From: Chara braunii
Lineage: Eukaryota; Plantae; Charophyceae
Assembly (NCBI GenBank): GCA_003427395.1
Contig: BFEA01000038.1
Coordinates: forward strand, 3,812,869 to 3,876,868
DNA: 64,000 bases
Direction: 5' to 3'
The stretch's first letter is position 1; each line of letters begins with the position of its first letter. Below are positions 40,130-50,399 of the stretch, piece by piece. The notes under the pieces are model-generated. The model searched no databases and was not told the DNA's origin. It saw nothing but the letters and a program-made list of their open reading frames with translations. A program made the translations under genes and the position numbers.

Positions 40130-43100
40130 GGGTATGCGCCATTCTCCGTTCTCTAGCTACATTAGCGGGTCCTTTTCTGTTGTTGTCTGTGGTGCCAACC
40201 GGACAATCGGTTCTAAGGCCAATGTCTTCCACGGGACGCCCGAAGTGAATAAGAGTCTCTTGAGCCACTGTAGTGCCAAGGCCTTGGTTTGTATTGCGGG
40301 GTCTGTAATGCCCAGCCCTCCTCTCGATTTCGGTTGGATTATTGTTTGCCATGCNNNNNNNNNNNNNNNNNNNNNNNNNNNNNNNNNNNNNNNNNNNNNN
40401 NNNNNNNNNNNNNNNNNNNNNNNNNNNNNNNNNNNNNNNNNNNNNNNNNNNNNNNNNNNNNNNNNNNNNNNNNNNNNNNNNNNNNNNNNNNNNNNNNNNN
40501 NNNNNNNNNNNNNNNNNNNNNNNNNNNNNNNNNNNNNNNNNNNNNNNNNNNNNNNNNNNNNNNNNNNNNNNNNNNNNNNNNNNNNNNNNNNNNNNNNNNN
40601 NNNNNNNNNNNNNNNNNNNNNNNNNNNNNNNNNNNNNNNNNNNNNNNNNNNNNNNNNNNNNNNNNNNNNNNNNNNNNNNNNNNNNNNNNNNNNNNNNNNN
40701 NNNNNNNNNNNNNNNNNNNNNNNNNNNNNNNNNNNNNNNNNNNNNNNNNNNNNNNNNNNNNNNNNNNNNNNNNNNNNNNNNNNNNNNNNNNNNNNNNNNN
40801 NNNNNNNNNNNNNNNNNNNNNNNNNNNNNNNNNNNNNNNNNNNNNNNNNNNNNNNNNNNNNNNNNNNNNNNNNNNNNNNNNNNNNNNNNNNNNNNNNNNN
40901 NNNNNNNNNNNNNNNNNNNNNNNNNNNNNNNNNNNNNNNNNNNNNNNNNNNNNNNNNNNNNNNNNNNNNNNNNNNNNNNNNNNNNNNNNNNNNNNNNNNN
41001 NNNNNNNNNNNNNNNNNNNNNNNNNNNNNNNNNNNNNNNNNNNNNNNNNNNNNNNNNNNNNNNNNNNNNNNNNNNNNNNNNNNNNNNNNNNNNNNNNNNN
41101 NNNNNNNNNNNNNNNNNNNNNNNNNNNNNNNNNNNNNNNNNNNNNNNNNNNNNNNNNNNNNNNNNNNNNNNNNNNNNNNNNNNNNNNNNNNNNNNNNNNN
41201 NNNNTTGAGCCACTGTAGTGCCAAGGCCTTGGTTTGTATTGCGGGGTCTGTAATGCCCAGCCCTCCTCTCGATTTCGGTTGGATTATTGTTTGCCATGCC
41301 ACCCTACCGATNACGCCCTGATACTCACGATTCCCTCGCTACAGGAAAGCGGNTATCTGGCGTTGCAGGGGGCGGAAGGCACTTTTGTCCAGCGCCCAAA
41401 TTGCTGATTTGTACCACAATGTGGCCAATACGACATTGTTAATTATTAANGCTCGGCCAAAGAGGGATGTGTGTTTACCTTGCCATTTTGTCATTTTTTC
41501 CCAAGNGGGATTTGAGATNCATTCGTTGTTAGCAGATGGTTTGCCTTNTGCCGACATTAAANCTCCNNGCACCCTGATAGGGGCTTCNAGAGGGAGCCAT
41601 TTAATCGCAGGTTGTTCCGGGGGCCTTACTCCTTGATGGTGAATCCACCACCCCTGGNTCTTATTCCCCNAGTTCACCCTCATATCTGACAGTCTGCAGA
41701 NGAGATCCATCATGTGCTGAACTNCGNNCATNGCCTCCCTCGATGCATCGAGCATAAGGGTCAGGTCNNCANCGAAGAGGGAGCATACCGGAATCNCTTC
41801 TTGAGGAATTGAAGACACCTGGATTCTCTTGATGTCTTTGTGAGTTCTCAAGTTGGCCGCTAAGGCTTCCATTATTATAACNAAAAGGTANGGGGCTATT
41901 GGGTCCCCTTGTCTGACCGACCTTTNGAGTTCAATGGGTGGGGCCAAATNGCCGTTCACCATAACTCTGGTTGTGGCATTCACGTGTAAGATTTTCACCC
42001 ACCGCCTAAAACANTNTCNNAAGTTNAGTTTTTCCAGACATTTTTCCAGGAACAGNCAGTCNANGTGGTCGTATGCTTTTTNAAAGTCAATGAATATGAT
42101 CNCCGCNTTGAGTTTGGATTGTCTTGTAAGTTTAATCATTTCATTGACTAANAGTNTATTGTNNTGGATGTTCCTNCCCTGGATGAAACCGGTCTGGTCC
42201 GGATGGATGATCCTCGTCATAACGGGGACCAGCCGGTTCGNNAGTGCCTTCGCNAGCAGTTTGTAGACTAATGTGAGAAGCGTGATAGGCCTGTAATTTC
42301 TGATATTATTTCTATCACTTTTTTTGTAGAGGAGGGTCAACACACCTTGACTTACTATCTTCCCTATCAGGCCGGTTTTCCAGACTTCGTGATAGTAATC
42401 CATGAGATCTTGAGAGATGTCGGGCCACAACACCTCCCAGAATTCCTTGGGCAATCCATCTATGCCCAGGGTTTTGTCTTCCTCCATTTTCATTAAGGCA
42501 ACCGTTATTTCCTCTTTGGACAGGGGACTGTCCAAAGTCTGTCTCTTATACACATCTAGATGTGTATAAGAGACAGCATCTAGAAGAAACATCTTCCCTA
42601 TCAGGCCGGTTTTCCAGACTTCGTGATAGTAATCCATGAGATCTTGAGAGATGTCGGGCCACAACACCTCCCAGAATTCCTTGGGCAATCCATCTATGCC
42701 CAGGGTTTTGTCTTCCTCCATTTTCATTAAGGCAACCGTTATTTCCTCTTTGGACAGGGGACTGTCCAAAGTCTCTCTTTGTTGGTCTGTGAGGGTTTGG
42801 CTCTGTGGTTGCAAAAAAACTTTTATTTCCTTCGAGCGCTGATCCATGGGCGAATTCCCACATTCCGATGTGAAGAGGGTTTGGTAGAAATCCCTCGCTA
42901 TTTTCGTGCAGGCGGTCGTGGAAGTATGTAGCCACCGATTATTTTTAGGGTAGCGAGAGCAGATCTTAGACACGACCCGTTCTGGCCTGCCCTGCTGCGA
43001 GTATGGAGGAGTTTGCCCCTTCCGGAAAAAACCCCGCCGGGGAGATGGGAAGAAGTGGTTAGGCAGCCCCTCTTTGGCAACAGATGGGTGGTCGAGCCGG

Positions 43101-45133
43101 ATGGGCGGACCCTGCACTGTAGTGACACCCCCTGGCGGAGTTGGGTCAAGAGGGGGGTAACCAGGGTCCAAGATATATGGGATGCCGAGACGAGAGAGTG
43201 GGCTAGCCCGGGACAATTAAGAGAAAAATTACGGTACTGCCACAACGTGGAGGAGTCCTTAGAAGCCCTCATAGAAAAAATCTCCCTCGACTGGTGGAGG
43301 ATCCTTAGGAGAGGCCCCAAGTTGGAAACAAACGACTGGGTCGCAATTAAGGATCGCCCCGGGGTCGTAGGTAAAATTGTGAAACTGGGCTCTGACGGCG
43401 CTGTGGAAATGAACCTCTATCAGGTGAACCAAAACAATGAGATCCAGGCAACAGAAAATGAGGAAGCAACATTAATTCACCAACAAGGGCTATTCAAGAT
43501 CAGGGTGCTTCAAGACAAACACCAACTGATAGCATTCCTCCCACATGTCCCGATCCATCAATTGGCTCTGGATCCGGCCGAATGGATATGGTCAACCCCT
43601 ACAAGGAAGGGGAGGAGTTTCGTGAAACCCCTGCACAGTTTAACGGTTAAAGCGTCCTGTAGACTCCTCAGACCGAGACTCTATCAGCGGGATCAGGTGG
43701 AGGACCGATGGCAGAGACATCTAAATATTAGCAAGAATGATCTCAAAAAAATCAAATGGTTCTCTATGGCCAAAGCCAAGCCACCGAAATTTGCCTCGCT
43801 GCAATGACAAATAGAGCACCGTTGCCTCCCGACAAATGACTGGCTCATAGACAGAACCCGCCTTGAGCAAATGGGGAGATCTCTGCACTGGTGTAGACTA
43901 TGTACAGATGCCTTCCCATCCCGGAAAAAGACCCGAGACAATTGAGCACATATTTCTCCTGTGCCGGGTGCGGTTTGGCTCTGGAGATGGTGGGACCGAA
44001 TTTGGGACCAATTAGGTACACAATCCCCATGGTCGTGGGACTTGAAAGCCCTGCTGTGTGAAACATGGACTGTAGAAGAGCCACATGATTTCACCATCAA
44101 TATGTTTAAATTAGGACGCAGAGCGGTGCTTTGGGCTCTGTGGAGACGTCGCTGTATCTATGAGATGGAAAGAGCATGGCTTGACGGCCCTGAATTTACG
44201 GAGAGCATTCAACAACAAATTCAAACAGAAATCACTGCGAGATGGGAGACAGTAAAGTCTCAGATACAGACATTGGCCACAAAGCACGACATTCAACAAA
44301 AAATACGAAATTTCTGCTCCAACTGGCTAGGAGGGGAAAAGGGAGGCAGGATTGGGAGAGTGGAATGGAAAGGTGGACAGAAAGCGGGGGAGGAATTAAA
44401 AAGGGACTGCAGGCTCTTTTTCAACGACTGGACAAAAATAGATGCAGCGATCCCAATGAAACCCGCCCAGGAATTCCCCGACCCCTTTCCCCCCCTTGCA
44501 AATAGTATTGTGGATCTGCAGTGGTACGGGAGGGATTGAAAGCTGAGACGGGAGGGATTGAAAGCTGAGACGGGACAGTGCAACACAGTCAGGGAGGAAG
44601 GGGTCCGAGATAGACCCCCCGAGGAATTCCCCGACCCCTTTCCCCCCCTCCCAACTGCCTGGTAGGGATGCAGTGGTATGGCTAATAAAGGGATAGCAGA
44701 GCATAACGTATGGAGCTGACAGTTGTATAGCAGAGAGAGGAAAGACTGAGTCTAGGTAGACCAGCAATGGTAAGCCAAAATTCAGCCTAGAAAACAGCAG
44801 CTGGTGAGGGGTGGGAGAACTAGAAATTGCAGTAGGGATTTGGCGCCATGAACATGGTGAAGCGGTTCCCCCCCTGGCACCCGCGCTGCCAAAGTTTTTT
44901 TGCATTTGTTGTGTTCCCATACAAATCTGCACAGTCAATCCTCTGGCCTCCAGAGTAATCAATGCTGGCAGGTTCTTCCTCCCCTTGTTCATGTTCATCA
45001 AGTCTGTATATGGGACGCTCCCCACCGATAGATGGAGCCTCCCCCCCGGGTGCTAGTGGTGTCTGCTCTTACCAGCACCACTAACACTGCGAGGGTGAGT
45101 CTTTTTCAAAAAAATAAAAAAATAAAAAAATAA
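40130..45133 (+). mobile_element. 5'-truncated, 5'-inverted L1/Tx1 LINE insertion with a 10-bp TSD
   Basis: TSD ATGATCTCCT at 40120-40129 and 45134-45143. RT lies on the minus strand from ~42955 to 40130 (NYRPITLL, IDFXKAYDH, SVRQGDP, PKSRGGLG). The ORF2 C-terminus lies on the plus strand at 42962-44539, followed by a 3' UTR and an A-tail at 45108-45133. Confidence 0.92.
42539..42576. other. Nextera mate-pair junction adapter (assembly artefact)
   Basis: CTGTCTCTTATACACATCT+AGATGTGTATAAGAGACAG, translating as VSYTHLDVYKRQ and flanked by an identical ~180-bp duplication. Confidence 0.99.
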
Positions 45134-45492
45134 ATGATCTCCTTTCAATGAACTCTTGCCCTTCTCCCCAGCGTCCGATACCCTTTCAGAATCCCTTCCA
45201 TTTTTCCTTCTTTATTTCATAGATCTCTCCCGAGCGATCAAATAAGCGCATGGACACCGGCAGGGCGTTAGAATGACGCACGACTGGAGACACACCCCCT
45301 TGGGATGACGCAGGTAAGTTATTACAGACACTGCCTGCGCACCACCCAAGGGGTAGTCCATGGTTGTTGTATGTGGGGACTGGGCGATGGTGGGTATCCT
45401 GATGTTCTTGGTCGACAGGGTTGTCATGAGACTGCTGGGTGGTTCGCATAGTCCGGTTTACTCGAGCTCAGCGGAGCACAGCTACAGACTAT

Positions 45493-45567
45493 TTCACAAT
45501 GTATGTCAATAGGTTAGGTCACTTGTATGATTCACATAAGGTCCTGCGTTCGATACCAGACTGTAAC
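45493..45567 (+). pseudogene. Degenerate tRNA-like sequence (possible SINE head)
   Basis: GGTTAGG, TTCAC and GTTCGATACC occur at tRNA-like spacing; the acceptor stem is poor. Confidence 0.35.
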
Positions 45568-45570
45568 TTA

Positions 45571-45747
45571 GGGCTGGTCATCCTCTTAGTACGTGGTCAA
45601 AGGATTGAGGCTGGCATAGTAGTTCCTTAGTAAGGGATGTCGGGAGTGTCAGGACATAGTGGTCCAACACTTTACCGCAGGGCCGGAACGGGCTCCAGGG
45701 ACATACGAGGGAACAGAGGATTGTTTGCTCTCAGATTATCATACAAC
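45571..45747 (+). ncRNA. Candidate structured RNA motif, copy 1 of 3
   Basis: Homologous to 49276-49440 and 49507-49659. Closing stem ATCCTCT/AGAGGAT; CYGGCAT/ATGTCRG stem with covariation. Confidence 0.45.
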
Positions 45748-45839
45748 ACAGGGCCCAGCGTCCCATATAGAAATATACTCATGGGGAGCAACACGTGCTG
45801 GAAACCGGGCCCAGCGTCCCATATAGAAATATACAAATG

Positions 45840-48358
45840 ATTTAAAGTGCCAAGGCCATTACCTGACTCCGGCCAAGAACAGTGTGAGAACTATGGTTCA
45901 GGAAAATTTAGAAAAACACTGGATAGCTGCTAACCTGCCAACCTATTACTAGGCTACTCAAGCAACAATTACTGGAAGTCCCTTAAATACTCAGACCCCT
46001 GGAAGCCCCCACAAAAACACTCTAAAATTCTCTAATACTGTCTTCTTCCCTGCCGAGCTCTCCCAGGCCTCATGCCCCCACCCTATTGGGTTACAGGGCA
46101 ACACGACTCACCCTAGCTCCGGCCAGCGTCGTCCCGACAGCAACCCTTGGTTTTCCCTTGGGATCCCTGGCCCAAAGCATCCCCAGATCTCTCTACCAGG
46201 CCTCACGCTCCTGCTATTAACAGGTTACAGGGCAATCCCCTAGCACCGGCCAGCGTCGTCCTGGCATCGGAAAACCAACAGATCCATGAGAAAACAGCAT
46301 CAAGGAAGCCTAGACTGCTTTGCAAGAAGTCCCCAGAGTCCTGAAGAATTCTCAAGACTACCAAAAGTATCAAGAACCATCTCGAGAATAGAATAAGCAT
46401 TTTTTGAAGCTACTTAGGAGATGACTACAACAAGCTTCAAGAATAGACAAGATTCGAAGTTCAACTCAGAACCCCCCCCCCCATCAATCCTCTGTTCCAC
46501 ACTCCGGCAAGACTTACTGCAGCAGAGCCACCATCTCTACTGCTGCTATACCCTATTTCAATCCTACCAGCTAGCCCCCTCGCTAATAGTACGCATGATA
46601 TCCCTCCATCTCCTTCTCCCATTCACCTCGTTTCTTTTTTAGAATAGGTCGCCGGGGTCGTAAAAGAAGTCTTCAAGCTCCCTAACAAACCCTTCCAGAG
46701 TTCCTCAAAGTTGTCTTACTCCTTACCGAGCTCTTCCAGGCCTCACACCCCCGCTTTCTGCTGGGTTACAGGGCAACACAACTCGCTCCAGCTCCGGCCA
46801 ACGTTGTCTCAGCAGCAAGCCTTGGTTGTTCCATGAGATGCCCACCCCAAAGCATCCCCAGATCTCTCTACCAGGCCTCACGCTCCTATATCAACAGGTT
46901 ACAGGGCAACACCCCAGCACCGGTCAGTGTCGTTCTGGCATCGAACAGCCGCAGATCGCTGAGAATACCAGCTTCAAAGTAGCCTAGAAAGGTTGATAGA
47001 GGCCCCAAACTCCTAAACATTCTCAAATCCCCCTAACGGCCAGCAGGATAGAATTCAGAAAAAAAAAGGGGGGTCACCACTACCTAAAATCCCCCTCTCA
47101 ACAAGCGGATCATCGGTCCCGGCTTTCGGTCCTCATACCATAACTCACCTGGTCTCATACCCCCCTTTGCTAGGGTAACAGGGCACCACAACCCTCCCCT
47201 GTACGGACCAACCTAGTTCTGACGGACAGGAAGTGCCTTCCCCCCTCGACACTTCCTTTAGCGGCAGACCCCTAAACAGGTTACAGGGTCCAAACCCCGG
47301 CGCCAACTTCGTTGGACGATCTGGTTACGCCTTCCACCCTCGGCATAACTCCATAGACATCAAGCTCCCCCTGGGTCACAGAGCAAAGCTCCAACACCAG
47401 CCTATGTCGTCCCAGCATCGTCCTCCTGACCTACTCACCATAACCGACATCTTCCGTCTATTGAGATCCCCTTTTCTTCTTTCAACCCTCCCATTCTAGT
47501 TCCCCCCCCGAAAAGCTTTAAAACTCTAGAATATTCAGAAAATATGAATTATCTCACCACAAAAATCTTGACAGCCGATGCAATTCAATCATTGGAGAGA
47601 ACCATTGAAGAATCAAAAGATGGATACCTTTTTGTAGCGCTGATTAGGAAGTTACCACTGCGAATTCAGACAACTCAAAAAAACCCCATCGATTCCCCAC
47701 ACCTCACTCCGGCAAGACTTACTGTAGCAGAGCCACCATCTCTGTTGCTGCTGTACCCTATTACCATCCTCCAAGCTAGCCCCCTCACTTAGTAGGATGC
47801 ATGATACCCCTCTATTTCTCCCACACACCTCTTTTTTGAGAAGAAAACATATGCTCAGGCTTCAACGTCCCACTTAGAAGTTAGACCGAGAAAAATCACG
47901 ATTCAGACAGATTTGAACATGAACACTTTTTAGAAGGAGATAGCAAGAAAAAAGTACTACGAGATTACTATTCTGAAGTCCTATCAGAAATTTTGCAGGA
48001 AATTAGGGATTTAAAATTATAGAACGATGATGATAATATGAAATGATGTGAGAGTTAGCTTGCGATTTTCAACTAAGGATGTCCAAAATGGACTTTCGGT
48101 CCTGGTTTTCGAATCCCAGGATTTAGAAAACCGGTCAGAAAAGCAACTTCGGAAGACTATTAAGAAGAAAAATCAGAACATCATGTTTAGCTACGAATTA
48201 TTAGCACTCAAATCTCAAAAAAGGAATGAGAATCTTTCTTAAAAGAAATAAATCACAAAATCAATATCAGGGACTTCAACCACAGAATTGAACTGAGAAG
48301 TTTATTAGGGAAAATCAGCACAATCGTCAAACGCTAAGGATTGTCTAATAGAGTAGGG

Positions 48359-48395
<37 letters not shown>

Positions 48396-49250
48396 GGAGG
48401 AAACAAAAATTAGAGCTCAGAAGATTTTCACATGGGCAAGATCCTGACTACTCGAGCCTTCAATCAACAATTAACCACTGCCCCCTCTTCCTCAACAACT
48501 TCCACTTACCCCATCCCCCTCGAACCCAAACCCAGCATCTTCGGGGAGCGAGAAACACCTTTCGCTCCACTGCTAGCTACTAGGCTCTACGCATTGCTAA
48601 CACCGAAGACCTCGATGGCCATCTTCCATCCCCCAAAAGGAATCAAAAGATAGTGTGGCAACTCCTCACCAAGCCCGTCGGTGAGTCGCCACTGGGGGTT
48701 CAAGTCCCCCATAAAACCACTTACCACGTTGTTGAGGAAAGAGGGAAAAACCGCATAACCCTGGCTCTTCTTACCAACAGTACCCTGATGTGCCAACCTC
48801 GTTGACGCTCCTTCTTGAGCAACCCTCCTCTCCATAGTCGTCAACAGGGGAGTATCACCAGCCAACCTAATCCACCTACCCATGTGGCCCGTCGGCAGAA
48901 CACTCGGCCATGCGGAAATTGCCCCACATCCACTGTGACGACCGACACTCGTCCAGCACGCAGTGCTGCCACCACCTTACCCACCCGCTGCCATAACCGA
49001 CAACCTCCTCTCGACGAAGTGCAACCACAACCTCCAGCCACCACCACCCACCTGCTGCCATACCCGACTCCTTCGGGCCAAGCCCCCTTCCAGCAAGGTG
49101 CAACGGCGGCTTCCCGCCAAAACTTCCCATTTTGTTGGGCGATGCTCCGGGCAGCGGGGCGGGACGGCGCGGCGCTCCCGGCAGCGCCGCGTCTTGTGGC
49201 AGCAAAACCTGGGCGGTGGATCGCCTCACTTCCTCTTTTGGCAATGTCTC
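45840..49250 (+). repeat. Non-coding interspersed repeat, copy B, with internal duplications
   Basis: 46050-46330 resembles 46720-47000; 46500-46640 resembles 47705-47840; recurrent GGTTACAGGGCAAC. Homologous to copy A. Confidence 0.8.
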
Positions 49251-49275
49251 TTTCTTTTGCTGTGTTTTTCTTCGA

Positions 49276-49659
49276 GGGTGGGCTATCCTCCTAGTACGTG
49301 CCTTAGAGTTGAGGCTGGCATAGCAGTCCTTAGTACGGATGTCAGGGTGTCAGGAGATACTGCACCTTACCGTGGGGCCGGAGCGGGCTCCAGGAATATA
49401 CGAGGGAACAGAGGATCCCCATCTCTCTACCATCAACATCACAGTACGCTGTAGTAAAAAAGACAACATAAGGATAAAAAAAGAAACTCAGTCCATAAAT
49501 CATGACCTAGGGTTGGCTATCCTTCTAGTACGTAGCATAGGGTTGAGGCCGGCATAGCAGTTCCTTAGTATGGGATGTCGGGGGTGTCATGGCCGGAACG
49601 GGCTCCAGGGACATACGAGGGAATGGAGGATACCCAGCTCTCTATCATCATCATACAAC
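49276..49659 (+). ncRNA. Candidate structured RNA motif, tandem copies 2 and 3
   Basis: See copy 1; the internal hairpin varies in length between copies. Confidence 0.45.
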
Positions 49660-50059
49660 TAAGCTAGATGGGAGTCACGGTGCACCCTCATGAAGACCTG
49701 TAGTAGCATGTTCAAAAACCTAGCTGCTGAAGTCCCCGTGCAATCAGGCTTGCACGGCGTCTGCTTCAACCGGGGCTGAGCACGGGGTAGAAACCTCTGC
49801 TTAGCCCCGGTACCTGCAACCGCTGTTTGGTCAGGTCACCCCGCCATGATGGCAATGGGTGATGGTCCTGGGAGGTTAACACCAGGGTAGGACAGGGGGG
49901 GTGGGGGTGTGCCAGGGCAAAAAGATAAGAGGAAGGGTGGGTGGGGTTCTCAGAGGGGTTCATCTGGACAACCGAGTGGCCCAGTACCGTGGGTGACTGC
50001 CATCCGTCTAGTATCCAACCTCTACAACAACTTGGGCTTTTTCAATATTAAAAAAAAGA

Positions 50060-50372
50060 AAAAGAAAAAAAAGAAGGAAAAATGGAAAAGATTCTGGAAG
50101 GGTATCAGACACTGGTGAGAGGGGCAAGGGTTTATTGAAAGGAGATTATATAAGCAGCAAACAGGATAGTAGCATCCATCCACCCCCCATGTCCCAGGAA
50201 ACACTACACTGGTTTTTGTCATTAGATCAGGGACGCCGAACCGGTTTCCAGCAAGTGCAGCTCCCCACCAATAGAACGGAGCCGGTGGCCGGGCTGCTAG
50301 TGGTGGATGCTCTTATCATCATCACTAGCAACCAGGGCCGGGTTTTATTAAAAAAAAAAAAAAAAAAAAAAG
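50060..50372 (+). mobile_element. Poly(A)-tailed retroposon 3' region with the shared double-hairpin tail
   Basis: Tail motif at 50260-50330 and poly(A) at 50350-50372. The segment 50070-50228 is the uninterrupted inverse homologue of 40040-40129 joined to 45134-45213. Confidence 0.75.
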
Positions 50373-50399
50373 TTCGATGAGGGGGAGAAGAAGTCGGGG

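Noticed and set aside
40261-41299. Direct repeat of ~93 bp on both sides of the gap
   Set aside because: Identical sequence at both gap edges indicates unmerged overlapping contigs.
42539-42576. Tn5/IS50 transposon ends suggesting horizontal transfer
   Set aside because: Exact Nextera mate-pair junction adapter.
44528-44655. 21-bp tandem duplication and a re-used 28-bp ORF-end segment
   Set aside because: Local slippage in a LINE 3' UTR with no further structure.
49545-49600. HDV-like ribozyme (GGCCGGCAT start)
   Set aside because: Lacks the UCC-type L3, P1.1 and P2' pairing in the three copies; retained only as an unclassified motif.
49855-49878. 5S rRNA C-box resemblance (ATGGGTGA..CCTGGGA)
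   Set aside because: Too short, and the rest of 5S is absent.
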